From Candidatus Marinacidobacterium sp. (lineage in GTDB: Bacteria > Acidobacteriota > Vicinamibacteria > Marinacidobacterales > Marinacidobacteraceae), in assembly GCA_965220965.1 (NCBI GenBank), contig OZ244852.1, positions 416,001 through 480,000 on the forward strand: 64,000 nt of DNA, read 5' to 3'. The notes beneath the pieces are model-generated. The model made no database searches. It worked only from the letters and a program-made list of their open reading frames with translations, and was not told the origin of the DNA. Positions 1 to 9,713 of the stretch are shown in pieces. Each line of letters opens with the position of its first letter. The stretch's first letter is position 1. Made by a program: the position numbers and the translations under genes.

Positions 1-288
1 CACGAACTCCGCGTCGGGAAGTTCCCCTTCGCGGCCAACAGCAAGGCGAACATCCTCGCGGACCTCCACGGCTTCGTGAAGATCGTGGCGGAGGCGCGTT
101 ACGGCGAGGTTCTCGGGGTCCACATCGTGGGCCCTCACGCCACCGACCTGATCGCCGAGGCGGTCGTGGCGCTCGAGCACGAGGCGACGCTCGAGTCGCT
201 GGCGCGCAGCGTCCATCCGCATCCCACGCTCTCGGAGGCGGTCGCCGAAGCGGCGCTCGCGGCGCTCGGGTCCCCGCTTCACGCCTGA
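1..288 (+). CDS. lpdA: Dihydrolipoyl dehydrogenase (E3), C-terminal part; gene starts before the window
   Basis: Frame 1 is open from base 1: VGKFPFAANSKA...GFVKIV...GVHIVGPHATDLI...HPHPTLSE (E3 dimerisation domain with the HPTxxE catalytic motif). Confidence 0.95.
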   Translation, partial: HELRVGKFPFAANSKANILADLHGFVKIVAEARYGEVLGVHIVGPHATDLIAEAVVALEHEATLESLARSVHPHPTLSEAVAEAALAALGSPLHA

Positions 289-301
289 TCGCTTCCGGTC
301 G

Positions 302-1072
302 GTGGCTGCAGCGGGACGCCGGGCGCCCGGGCCCGCGGACTCCGGCGCCCCCGTCTGGCGGCTGGACCACCGTCCGCTGGAGTATGCCGACGCGCTCCGC
401 CTCCAGCGCGAGCTCGTCCGGAGGCGGCGGCGGGGCGACGTTCCGGATGTGCTCCTGCTGACCGAGCACCCGCCGGTGTTCACGCTGGGAACGACCTCCT
501 CGCCGGAGCATCTCCTTGAACCGGAAGCGCGCCTGCGCGCCGACGGCGCCGAGGTCTGCGCCACCGACCGGGGGGGCGATGTCACCTTCCACGGACCCGG
601 GCAGCTCGTCGTCTACCCCATCGTGGACCTGGCGGCGTGGAAGCGGGACCTCCACGCCTACCTCCGGGCGCTCGAGGCGGTCGTCATCGCCGCCGCCGCC
701 GGATGCGGGGTCCGGGCGCAGAGGCGGGCGGGCCTCACCGGGGTCTGGTGCGGCGCGCCGGGCGATGAGCGGAAGCTGGCCTCCATCGGGGTGAGGGTGT
801 CCCGCTGGGTCGCCTCCCACGGGGCCGCGGTGAACGTGACGACGGACCTCGACTGGTTTTCGCGCATCGTCCCCTGCGGAATCCGGGACTGCCGGGTCAC
901 TTCGATCGAGGTCGAGACCGGCGCCCGGCGGTCGCTGGACGAGATGGCGGACCGGGTGGCCGCGGCCTTTCGCCGTGAGTTCGGGCGGCGGGAGACGCCG
1001 GCGCCGTCCGGACTCGTCGAGGACCTGCTCTCCGCCGCCAGCCGGCGCCCGGCCCTGCGAGGCGCCGCGTAG
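302..1072 (+). CDS. lipB: Lipoyl(octanoyl) transferase
   Basis: EHPPVFTLG, RGGDVTFHGPGQLVVYPI, KLASIG, HGAAVN, IVPCGI motifs. Confidence 0.95.
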   Translation: MAAAGRRAPGPADSGAPVWRLDHRPLEYADALRLQRELVRRRRRGDVPDVLLLTEHPPVFTLGTTSSPEHLLEPEARLRADGAEVCATDRGGDVTFHGPGQLVVYPIVDLAAWKRDLHAYLRALEAVVIAAAAGCGVRAQRRAGLTGVWCGAPGDERKLASIGVRVSRWVASHGAAVNVTTDLDWFSRIVPCGIRDCRVTSIEVETGARRSLDEMADRVAAAFRREFGRRETPAPSGLVEDLLSAASRRPALRGAA

Positions 1073-1084
1073 GAGCTTCGGGGC

Positions 1085-2065
1085 ATGGTCACGTATCTGG
1101 AAGCGATCCGGCGCGCGCTCCACGGGGAGATGAAGCGCGATCCGCGCGTTCTGCTGCTGGGCGAGGACATCGGCCTCTACGGCGGGGCGTTCCGCCTCAC
1201 CGAGGGGTTCCTCGAGGAGTTTGGTCCCGACCGGGTCTTCGACACCCCGATCAGCGAGGAAGGGTTCACCGGGGCGGCGGTGGGGGCCGCGCTCCAGGGT
1301 TTCCGACCGGTGGTCGAGTTCCAGTTCCTCGACTTCGCCGCGAGCGCGTTCAACATGATCACGAACTTCGCCGCCCGCTGCCGATACCGCACGGGCGACG
1401 GCGTTCCGCTGACGCTCCGGGGTCCGGCGGGCGGCGGCGTCCGCGCCGGGCCCTTCCACTCCCAGAACCCCGAGGTCGCCTTCGTTCACACCCCGGGCGT
1501 CAAGGTCGCCGCGCCGGCGACGGTGGCCGACGCCGCCGGCCTGCTGCGCTCCGCTGTGCGGGACGAGGATCCGGTCCTCTACCTGGAGCACAAGCGGCTC
1601 TACCGGAGCCTCCGGATTTCCGAAAGCGAGTTCCGGGCGGCGCCCGAGGTGGTCCCGCCCGGCCGCCTGGCCGTGCGGCGGCCAGGCGACGTCCTGACGC
1701 TGGTGGCCTACGGGGCGGCGGTCGGGCTGGCGCTGGAGGCCGCCGACCGGCTGCGGGATGAGGACGGCGTCGAGGCGGAAGTGCTCGACCTGCGCTGGCT
1801 CGTCCCGCTCGACGAGGAGGGCCTCCTCGAGTCGGTGCGCCGCACGAGCCGGGTCGTGATCGTCCACGAGGACCACCGGAACGCCGGGTTCGGGGCGGAG
1901 ATCGCCGCCCGGATCGCCGAATCCGCGTTCGACGACCTGGACGCGCCGGTTCTTCGGGTGGCCGCGGCCGACGTTCCGGTCCCCTACGCGGGGGAACTCG
2001 AAGACGCCGTCCTGCCGGGGGCCGACGACGTCACCGCCGCCTGCCGCCGACTGCTCCGCTACTGA
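1085..2065 (+). CDS. 2-oxoacid (pyruvate or branched-chain) dehydrogenase E1 beta subunit
   Basis: GEDIGLYGGAF, DTPISEEG, PVVEFQFLDF, GPFHSQ, LEHKRLY, EVLDLR motifs. Confidence 0.92.
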   Translation: MVTYLEAIRRALHGEMKRDPRVLLLGEDIGLYGGAFRLTEGFLEEFGPDRVFDTPISEEGFTGAAVGAALQGFRPVVEFQFLDFAASAFNMITNFAARCRYRTGDGVPLTLRGPAGGGVRAGPFHSQNPEVAFVHTPGVKVAAPATVADAAGLLRSAVRDEDPVLYLEHKRLYRSLRISESEFRAAPEVVPPGRLAVRRPGDVLTLVAYGAAVGLALEAADRLRDEDGVEAEVLDLRWLVPLDEEGLLESVRRTSRVVIVHEDHRNAGFGAEIAARIAESAFDDLDAPVLRVAAADVPVPYAGELEDAVLPGADDVTAACRRLLRY

Positions 2066-2086
2066 CCGCCGGCCGGTCGGCCGGTC

Positions 2087-3010
2087 TCAGGCGGCCGGAG
2101 CGTCCTGCGGGATCTGGTTCGCCGCGTGGTACGAGGACCGCACGAGCGGTCCCGCCTCCACGTGGCGGAGCCCCAGGGCCCGTCCCCGGGCCGCGAGCGC
2201 GTCGAACTCCTCGGGGGGGACGTAACGCTCGACCGGGAGGTGCGCCGGGGTCGGCCGCAGGTACTGGCCGGCGGTCAGGATGTCGACTCCGATCCCGACC
2301 AGGTCCCGGATCACCGCGTCCAGTTCCTCCGCGGTCTCCCCCAGCCCCAGCATGACGCCGGTCTTGGTGAGCGCTTCGGGTCGGAGCCGTTTCGCCTCTT
2401 CGAGGATGGCGAGCGACCACCGGTAACGGGCGCCCGGACGGACCCGCCGGTAGAGCCGGGGGACGGTCTCGATGTTGTGGTTCAGGATCTCGGGCCCCGC
2501 CGCCATGACGGTTCCGAGCGCCTTCAGGTCGCCCCGGAAGTCGGGGATCAGCGTCTCCACCGTGGTCCCCGGCGTCCGCCGCCGGACGGTCTGGATCGTC
2601 TCGGCGAAGATCCGGGCGCCCGCGTCCTCGAGGTCGTCCCGGTTCACCGACGTGATGACCGCGTGGCGAAGGCCCATCACCTCCACCGCATCGGCCACCC
2701 GCCGGGGTTCCTCGAGGTCGAGTCCGGTGGGCCGCCCGGTGGTGACCGCGCAGAACCGGCAGGCGCGGGTGCAGATGTCCCCGAGGATCATGAACGTCGC
2801 CGTGCCTTCGCCCCAGCACTCGGCGAGGTTGGGACAGCGGGCCTCCTCGCACACCGTGTGGAGATCGCTGGCGCGGAGCAGCTTGCGGAGCCGCGACCAG
2901 GTCGGACCCGCCGGGAGCCGGACGCGCAGCCAGTCGGGGCGGCGTCCCTCGGGGATGGGGGCCCCCGGTCCGCCCCCGACGACCGGAAGCGGGATTTCGC
3001 CGGCGCTCAC
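2087..3010 (-). CDS. lipA: Lipoyl synthase (radical SAM)
   Basis: [20 protein letters not shown] and RSSY motifs. Confidence 0.97.
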   Translation of the reverse strand: MSAGEIPLPVVGGGPGAPIPEGRRPDWLRVRLPAGPTWSRLRKLLRASDLHTVCEEARCPNLAECWGEGTATFMILGDICTRACRFCAVTTGRPTGLDLEEPRRVADAVEVMGLRHAVITSVNRDDLEDAGARIFAETIQTVRRRTPGTTVETLIPDFRGDLKALGTVMAAGPEILNHNIETVPRLYRRVRPGARYRWSLAILEEAKRLRPEALTKTGVMLGLGETAEELDAVIRDLVGIGVDILTAGQYLRPTPAHLPVERYVPPEEFDALAARGRALGLRHVEAGPLVRSSYHAANQIPQDAPAA

Positions 3011-3017
3011 CGGCGGC

Positions 3018-4319
3018 TCACGGCTCCCCGTCGGGCCAGTCTTCGAGGCGGCGCTTCACCTCGGCCAGGAACTGGTCCGCGACGGCGCCGTCGATCAGCC
3101 GGTGGTCGAACGAGAGCGCCAGGAAGACCATGGAGCGAACCGCGATCGCGTCCCCCTCCACGACGACCGGACGCTTGTGGACCCCGCCCACGCCGAGGAT
3201 CGCCACCTGCGGCTGGGCGATGATGGGGGTGCCGAAGAGCGCGCCGTAGGGGCCCGGGTTCGTGATCGTGAAGGTGCCTCCCTGGACCTCCGAGGGCGCC
3301 AGCTCCCCGGAGCGCGCCCGTGACGCGAGGTCGTGGAGCCCGCGCGCGAGGCCGGCGAAGTTGCGTTCGTCGGCGTGGTCGAGCACCGGCACGATGAGGC
3401 CCTCGGGCAGCGCCACCGCGATCCCGAGTCCCACATGGCGGTGGTGGACGATCTCGTCGCCCGAGATCGAGGCGTTCAGCGTCGGGAACCCGCCGAGCGC
3501 CTCGAGCGCGGCGCGGGCGAAGAACGGCGTGAGGGTCAGCTTCACGCCGGTGCGCGCCAGGAACCGCTCGGCGTTCGCCGCCCGGATCGCCACGACCCGG
3601 CTGACATCCACCTCGAAGACGGTCGTGACATGCGCCGAGGTCTGGCGCGAGCGCAGCATGTGCTCCGCGATCGTCCGCCGCATGTGCGACATCGGCTCGG
3701 TCCGGTCGCCGGGGACGGCGTCGGGCGATGCCGGCTCCGGCCTCGGGGGCAACTCGACCGGGACTTCGACCGGAGGAGTCTCCGGGGGGAGCTCCGGAGC
3801 GTCGGGGGCCGCGGGCGCGGCCTTCTCGCCGGCCTGTTCGATCCAGTCCAGCATGTCCTGTTTGCTGACCCGACCGCCCTCGCCGGTGCCGGGAACATCC
3901 GCCAGGTCGATGCCGTGTTCGCGCGCCATCCTCCGGACGAGAGGAGAACTGCGCGGGCGCCGGGACCGCGCCGGTTCGGAAGGCGCCGGCGCCGGCGCCT
4001 CCTCGCGAGGAGGCTCGGCTTCGGCCTCCGCGGGCGCGTCGGTCGCCTCGTCGGCGCTGTCTCCGGGAGTCCAGACCTCGCCTTCGGCGGCGATGCGGCC
4101 GACGACCGTGTTCACCTCGACCGTCTCGCCCTCGGGCACGAGGACTTCGACCAGCCGGCCGGTCAACGGGGCCGGGACCTCGGTGTCCACCTTGTCGGTC
4201 GCGATGTCGAACAGCGGATCGTCCCGTTCCACCGCGTCGCCGACGTTCGAGCGCCACTTCGTGATCGTGCCCTCGGTGATGCTCTCGCCCATCTGGGGCA
4301 TGATCACGTCGGTGGGCAC
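3018..4319 (-). CDS. 2-oxoacid dehydrogenase E2 (dihydrolipoamide acyltransferase)
   Basis: Lipoyl domain (TDKV), E3-binding [18 protein letters not shown], catalytic DHRLIDG. Confidence 0.93.
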   Translation of the reverse strand: MPTDVIMPQMGESITEGTITKWRSNVGDAVERDDPLFDIATDKVDTEVPAPLTGRLVEVLVPEGETVEVNTVVGRIAAEGEVWTPGDSADEATDAPAEAEAEPPREEAPAPAPSEPARSRRPRSSPLVRRMAREHGIDLADVPGTGEGGRVSKQDMLDWIEQAGEKAAPAAPDAPELPPETPPVEVPVELPPRPEPASPDAVPGDRTEPMSHMRRTIAEHMLRSRQTSAHVTTVFEVDVSRVVAIRAANAERFLARTGVKLTLTPFFARAALEALGGFPTLNASISGDEIVHHRHVGLGIAVALPEGLIVPVLDHADERNFAGLARGLHDLASRARSGELAPSEVQGGTFTITNPGPYGALFGTPIIAQPQVAILGVGGVHKRPVVVEGDAIAVRSMVFLALSFDHRLIDGAVADQFLAEVKRRLEDWPDGEP

Positions 4320-4362
4320 GGCGGCGGAAGTGTAGCGACGGGTTCTTTCGTCTTCGGAGGCC

Positions 4363-6411
4363 TCAGCCGACTGGGAGGTGAAGCGAGAGGAACTCGAGCG
4401 TTCGCTGCATGAAGGCGTGGACCGCGCCCCGGTCGGTTTCCCAGCGAAGGAGCGAGCGGCCCATATCCCCCCGGAAATACAGCTCGACGAGGGGGTAGTC
4501 GGGACGCGCGCGCAGTTCGTCCAGGAACTCCTCCTTGGCGGCGAACGGCGCTTCCGGAACCTCCTCCCCGTGGAACGAGAGCAGCGGGGCCTGGATCGCC
4601 GCGCCTTCCCCGTTCAGCGAAAGCCGGCGGTAACGCTCCAGGTTCCCGCGCAGCGGTCCCAGCCGACGCTCCAGCCCGGCCCGACGCTCCGGCGGCAGGG
4701 TTCGATGGAGCCGTTCGAGGTCGGCGGTTCCCAGGGCCTCGACCCCGCAACCGAAGCGCTCGGGGTGGCGGGCGAGGGCGGCGAGGGTCAGGAATCCCCC
4801 GTAACCCACCCCCAGGAGGCACGGGGGGTCGGACCCGATTCCCGGCAGCGCCTGGGCGGCGTCGACGGCGGCCATCAGGTCCTCGAGGTCCCCGCCGCCC
4901 CAGTCTCCATGGCTGGCGGCGGCGAACGCGGCGCCGCGACCGCGGGCGCCGCGCAGTTGCGGCGCCAGCACCGCGTAGCCGCGGCGGGCCAGCACCTGGA
5001 CCACCGGATCGAAACCGTCCCGCCAGTCGATCCCCCATCCGGCGCCAGGCGCCCCCCGGAGATGCACGAGCAGCGGCGCCTCCGCCGCCTCGTCGGTCGG
5101 CCGGTAGAGCAGCGCGTCCACCCGGGGTCCTCCGGGCGCCCGCGATTCCACCCGCTCGGGCCGGGAGAACGTCCGCACATCGAGTTCGGGGAAGAGGGTT
5201 TCGCTGACGCGTTCCCGGCCCCCCTCGAGCGGAAATCCCCAGACATCGCGAGCGAACGCCGCCGACTCGTGGATCGCAAAGAGCCGGGCGCCGTCGTCGG
5301 CCCAGCGGAGTCCCTCGTGGACTCCCGACCCCCGGGTCATGACCCGGATCCGGCCCTGCGGGGCCCACCGTTCCTCGTCGTCCCGGTCGAGCCGCGCCCG
5401 GTGGATCCGGTGACTCCCGCGGTCCGCCCCCAGCCACGCCAGCTCGAGGCCGTCCCCGGTCACCGGTCGGAACCGGGGTTCCGACAGGTCCCCGGCGCGC
5501 CGCCCGTCGCCCGCCACCAGGCGATACGGCGCCCCTTCCGACGTCAGGTCGGCGAAGTGCACCGCGTCGAAGCCCTCGCTCGCTCCGCCGCAGTCCGGGT
5601 CGCAGTCGGTCGCGGTGGTCCACGCCAGCCCGGTCCCGTCCGGGGTCCAGGTCGGCGTTCCCCGCGCCGACCGGTCGGGGAGGAGCAGGCGCCGCGCTTC
5701 CGGCGCGTCCCCGGTCGCCGGCGCGACCGCGACGCCCCGGCGGTCCTCTCCGGGAGCCAGCGCCGCGTAGGCGATCCGGGAGCCGTCGGGAGCCCACGCC
5801 GGCGGCCCTTCGTCCCCGGGGTCCCGGCTCCAGCGGCGTGGTTCGGCTCCTTTCGCCAGATCCATCAGCCAGACGTCGAAGCCGGTCTCCCGGTCGGTTT
5901 CTTCGCGGCGCCCGAGGAACGCCACCCGGGTTCCGTCGGGCGAGGGGGCCGGCGACCGGATCAGGAGGTCGGGCGGCGTGAGCGCCTCCGGTTCCCCGCC
6001 CGGAGCGATCCGGAAGAGGCGCCCCGCCTCCGGTTCGTCACCCCGCGGCCGCCGTCCGGAAACGAAGACCGCGGAGAGACTCTCCCCGAGGAAGCGGGGC
6101 GCCGAGTCCCATCGCCGCCCGTCAGTCAGTCGTCCCGGCCGCGCGCCGGGGGCGGTGAGGAAGAGGTTCGCCCGGTTGCCGATCGCGATGGCGGCGACCG
6201 CCCGCCGGGCGTCCGCCGAGACATCGAACCCGAGCAACAGGGGGAGGGCGAGCGCCGTCCCCGGTTCGAGGCCCTCGCTGGGCTCGATCCGGGCGCCGGG
6301 CGCCGGCGCCTGCGCCGCGCGGATCTCGTCCCCGGACATGAGCAGCCCCAGGGTCAGGACGACGGGAGGCCAGCGTCGAAAGATTGCGCCCGGGAGCGAA
6401 CAGCGGGGCAT
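4363..6411 (-). CDS. Secreted S9 (prolyl oligopeptidase-like) protein with PD40/TolB-like propeller; catalytic triad appears substituted
   Basis: SPDGTRVAF/WAPDGSRIAY/WTPDG repeats; PLLVHLRG, RGYAVLAPQLRG, GDWGGGDLED; nucleophile elbow reads GVGYGG. True start uncertain. Confidence 0.85.
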   Translation of the reverse strand: MPRCSLPGAIFRRWPPVVLTLGLLMSGDEIRAAQAPAPGARIEPSEGLEPGTALALPLLLGFDVSADARRAVAAIAIGNRANLFLTAPGARPGRLTDGRRWDSAPRFLGESLSAVFVSGRRPRGDEPEAGRLFRIAPGGEPEALTPPDLLIRSPAPSPDGTRVAFLGRREETDRETGFDVWLMDLAKGAEPRRWSRDPGDEGPPAWAPDGSRIAYAALAPGEDRRGVAVAPATGDAPEARRLLLPDRSARGTPTWTPDGTGLAWTTATDCDPDCGGASEGFDAVHFADLTSEGAPYRLVAGDGRRAGDLSEPRFRPVTGDGLELAWLGADRGSHRIHRARLDRDDEERWAPQGRIRVMTRGSGVHEGLRWADDGARLFAIHESAAFARDVWGFPLEGGRERVSETLFPELDVRTFSRPERVESRAPGGPRVDALLYRPTDEAAEAPLLVHLRGAPGAGWGIDWRDGFDPVVQVLARRGYAVLAPQLRGARGRGAAFAAASHGDWGGGDLEDLMAAVDAAQALPGIGSDPPCLLGVGYGGFLTLAALARHPERFGCGVEALGTADLERLHRTLPPERRAGLERRLGPLRGNLERYRRLSLNGEGAAIQAPLLSFHGEEVPEAPFAAKEEFLDELRARPDYPLVELYFRGDMGRSLLRWETDRGAVHAFMQRTLEFLSLHLPVG

Positions 6412-6580
6412 GCCGCCAAGTTAGCAGGCTGGTGACAAGGACAAACGAGCTGAACCGGTGTTCGATTGCTGGCTCAGGCGGTGTGAGCGACGGGGCGGCT
6501 TCAGGAATCCGCATGCGCGTCGCCGAGGATCAAGAGCGCCGCCCCGTCGCTTACACCGCGATAGTCTGCGGGAGTCGCCG

Positions 6581-8230
6581 ATGGAAGCCAAAGCCCTGCC
6601 GCCGATTTCCTTCGAGACCCACCCCGGGCGCTACCGGCACTGGAGGCTGGATCCGGAGGGGGCGGTGGCGTCCCTGACGCTCGAGGTGGATCCGTCCGGG
6701 GGGCTCCGCCCGGGCTACTCCCTGAAGCTGAACAGCTACGACCTGGGGGTCGACATCGAGCTGGCCGACGCGGTGGAGCGGCTCCGCTTCGAGCACCCCG
6801 GCGTCCGCTGCGTGGTGATCCGCAGCGGCATGGACCGGGTGTTCTCCTCCGGCGCGAACATCTACATGCTGGCCGGGTCCTCGCACGGCTTCAAGGTGAA
6901 CTTCTGCAAGTTCACGAACGAGACCCGGCTTGCGATCGAGGACGCCAGCGCGCGGAGCGGGCAGCGCTACCTCGCGGCGCTCTCCGGCGCCTGCGCCGGC
7001 GGCGGCTACGAACTCGCGATGGCCGCCGACGAGATCCTGCTGGTGGATGACGGCAGTTCCTCGGTTTCGCTCCCCGAAGTCCCCCTTCTCGGCGTGCTCC
7101 CCGGCACCGGCGGCCTCACCCGGCTGCTCGACAAGCGGGGCGTCCGGCGCGACCGCGCCGATGTCTTCTCCACCCTGGCGGAGGGGATCCGCGGCCGCCG
7201 CGCGCTGGAGTGGGGCCTGGTGGACGCCCTGGCCCCGAAGAGCTCCTTCGAAGCGCGGGTCCGGGAGCGCGCCGAGGCGCTCGCCACTTCGGCGGAGGCC
7301 GGTGTCTCCGGGCCCGGCGTCGCCCTCGATCCGCTGGACCCGGAGGAAGAGGAAAACCGGCTCCGTTACCGCTACGTGGAGGTCGCGCTGGACCGCGCCG
7401 CCCGCTGCGCCGACCTCATCGTTCGGGGCCCGGTGGATCCGTTCCCGGAGACCCCCGACGCGCTTGCGGCCGCCGGGACCGGAGTGTGGCACCTGCGGAT
7501 GGCGCGCGAGCTCGACGACGCGCTCTGCCGGTTGCGCTTCAACGAGCCGGAGATCGGCGTTGTCCTCCTTCGTCCGGCGGGGGACCCCGACGCCGTCCGG
7601 GAGGCCGACGAGCGGCTGGACGCGATGCCGGACGCCTGGCTCGCGCGCGAGACCCGGCTGCGGGTGGCGCGGACGCTGCGGCGGCTCGACCAGACGGCGC
7701 GCAGCTTCTTCGCGGTCGCTGAGGCGGGAGAACGGTTCACCGGCACGCTCGCCGAACTCCTCCTTGCCGCCGATCGCTCGTTCCTGTGCGACGACCCCGA
7801 CCGTCCGGCGGCGGTCGAACTGACCCCGCTCAACTTCGGGGCGTACCCGATGGGGAACGGACTCTCGCGTCTCGAGACCCGCTTCTACGGGGAGCCCGGC
7901 CGCGTCGACGCGCTCCGGGGCAACGGGGTGGTCCCGGCCGCGGACGCCCCGGGACGGGGACTCGCCACCTTCGCTCCCGACGATCTCGACTGGGAAGACG
8001 AGCTTCGGCTGGCCATCGAGGAGCGCGCCCGCTTCTCGCCCGACGCGCTCACCGGGATGGAGGCGTCCCTGCGCTTCGCCGGGCCGGAGACGATGGAGAC
8101 CCGGATCTTCGGGCGGCTCTCGGCCTGGCAGAACTGGATCTTCCAGCGTCCGAACGCGATGGGGGAAGCGGGAGCCCTGACGCTCTACGGCCAGCCTCGC
8201 CGCCCGTCGTTCGACTGGAACCGCACCTGA
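6581..8230 (+). CDS. boxC: 2,3-epoxybenzoyl-CoA dihydrolase (crotonase fold)
   Basis: LKLNSYDLGVDIEL, FSSGANIYML, KVNFCKFTNETR, LPGTGGLTR, IFGRLSAWQNWIFQRPNA. ATG 6581 follows GGGAG. Confidence 0.93.
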   Translation: MEAKALPPISFETHPGRYRHWRLDPEGAVASLTLEVDPSGGLRPGYSLKLNSYDLGVDIELADAVERLRFEHPGVRCVVIRSGMDRVFSSGANIYMLAGSSHGFKVNFCKFTNETRLAIEDASARSGQRYLAALSGACAGGGYELAMAADEILLVDDGSSSVSLPEVPLLGVLPGTGGLTRLLDKRGVRRDRADVFSTLAEGIRGRRALEWGLVDALAPKSSFEARVRERAEALATSAEAGVSGPGVALDPLDPEEEENRLRYRYVEVALDRAARCADLIVRGPVDPFPETPDALAAAGTGVWHLRMARELDDALCRLRFNEPEIGVVLLRPAGDPDAVREADERLDAMPDAWLARETRLRVARTLRRLDQTARSFFAVAEAGERFTGTLAELLLAADRSFLCDDPDRPAAVELTPLNFGAYPMGNGLSRLETRFYGEPGRVDALRGNGVVPAADAPGRGLATFAPDDLDWEDELRLAIEERARFSPDALTGMEASLRFAGPETMETRIFGRLSAWQNWIFQRPNAMGEAGALTLYGQPRRPSFDWNRT

Positions 8231-8236
8231 GAACCC

Positions 8237-9643
8237 ATGTCGGAACTCGATTCACGCATCCCGAACAACGTCGACCTGTCCCAGGATCCCCGGCTTCAGC
8301 GCGCGCTGCTGCGCTGGCAGCCGGCGTTCCTGAGGTGGTGGAGCGAGATGGGGCCGGAGGGGTTCCAGGGGGACGATGTCTTTCTGCGCACCGCGGTTTC
8401 CGTGGAGCCCTCGGGCTGGTCGCAGTTCGACTACGTGCGGATGCCCGACTACCGATGGGGGATCTTCCTCGCCCCCGCCGAGGAGGATCGCCGGATCGGC
8501 TTCGGGGACCACATCGGCGAGCCGGTGTGGCGCCAGGTTCCCGGGGAATACCGCGCGGACCTGCGGCGGCTCATCGTGACCCAGGGCGACACCGAGCCGG
8601 CGAGCGTCGAGCAGCAGCGCATGCTGGGCAAGACCGCGCCCAGCCTCTACGACCTGCGGAACCTGTTCCAGGTCAACGTGGAGGAGGGGCGGCACCTGTG
8701 GGCGATGGTCTACCTGCTCCACTCCTGGTTCGGCCGCGACGGCCGGGAGGAGGCCGACGCCCTGCTCGCCCGCCACAGCGGCGACGAGGACCGGCCCCGG
8801 ATCCTCCAGGCGTTCAACGAACCCATCGACGACTGGCTGAACTTCTACCTGTTCACGATGTTCACCGACCGCGACGGCAAGTACCAGCTCCTCGCGCTCG
8901 CCGAGAGCGCTTTCGATCCGCTGTCGAGGACGACCCGGTTCATGCTCACCGAGGAGGCCTTCCACATGTCGGTCGGCGAGACCGGGGTCGGCCGGATCAT
9001 CGAACGGACGGCGGCGCACATGGCGGCGAGCGACGCCGACCCCCGGGATGCGGGAGTGTTCGACCTGCCGCTGATCCAGCGGCACATCAACTTCTGGTTC
9101 ACCGCCTCGCTCGACCTGTTCGGGGGGGAGATCTCCTCGAATGCGGCGCACTACTTCGCCTCCGGGCTCAAGGGGCGGGCCCGGGAGGCCGCGCGCGACG
9201 ACCACGAGGCGCTCGACGGAATCAGGGCCATGGAGATCCCCGAGGAGGGCGCTCTCGTCCGGCGCGAGGTTCCCCTGCGGAACGCCATGAACGAGATCCT
9301 CCGGGACGACTACATCCGGGACTGCGAGCGCGGCCTGGAGCGCTGGAACCGGATCCTCGAATCCGCCGGTCTGCCCGATCGCCTCACCCTCCCCAGCCGC
9401 CGCTTCCATCGCCGCATCGGGGCCTACGCCGGTCACGACTTCGATCCGGACGGGAACCTGATCCCCGCTGCGACCTGGGCCGCCCGGCGGGACGAGTGGC
9501 TCCCGACCGAAGACGATCGCGACTATGTGCGCAGCCTGATGGTTCCGGTGACCGAACCGGGCCGGATCGCCCACTGGATCGCCGAGCCCCGGTCCAGGGT
9601 CGACGGCAAGCCGTTCGGATTCGAGTACGTCCGCCGGGCCTGA
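8237..9643 (+). CDS. boxB: Benzoyl-CoA 2,3-epoxidase di-iron subunit
   Basis: IPNNVDL, LIVTQGDTEPASVEQQ, VNVEEGRHLWAMVYLL, DRDGKYQL, MLTEEAFHM (two ExxH motifs). Confidence 0.94.
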   Translation: MSELDSRIPNNVDLSQDPRLQRALLRWQPAFLRWWSEMGPEGFQGDDVFLRTAVSVEPSGWSQFDYVRMPDYRWGIFLAPAEEDRRIGFGDHIGEPVWRQVPGEYRADLRRLIVTQGDTEPASVEQQRMLGKTAPSLYDLRNLFQVNVEEGRHLWAMVYLLHSWFGRDGREEADALLARHSGDEDRPRILQAFNEPIDDWLNFYLFTMFTDRDGKYQLLALAESAFDPLSRTTRFMLTEEAFHMSVGETGVGRIIERTAAHMAASDADPRDAGVFDLPLIQRHINFWFTASLDLFGGEISSNAAHYFASGLKGRAREAARDDHEALDGIRAMEIPEEGALVRREVPLRNAMNEILRDDYIRDCERGLERWNRILESAGLPDRLTLPSRRFHRRIGAYAGHDFDPDGNLIPAATWAARRDEWLPTEDDRDYVRSLMVPVTEPGRIAHWIAEPRSRVDGKPFGFEYVRRA

Positions 9644-9677
9644 CCCGGAGAGCGCCGCCGCAATTCGCAGCGCTCGA

Positions 9678-9705
9678 GCCGGAACCTGACCCGACAGGTT
9701 CCGGC
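9678..9705. terminator. Perfect 11-bp hairpin between convergent boxB and mltG
   Basis: GCCGGAACCTG-acccga-CAGGTTCCGGC; no clear U-tract. Confidence 0.55.
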
Positions 9706-9713
9706 GCCTTGGA

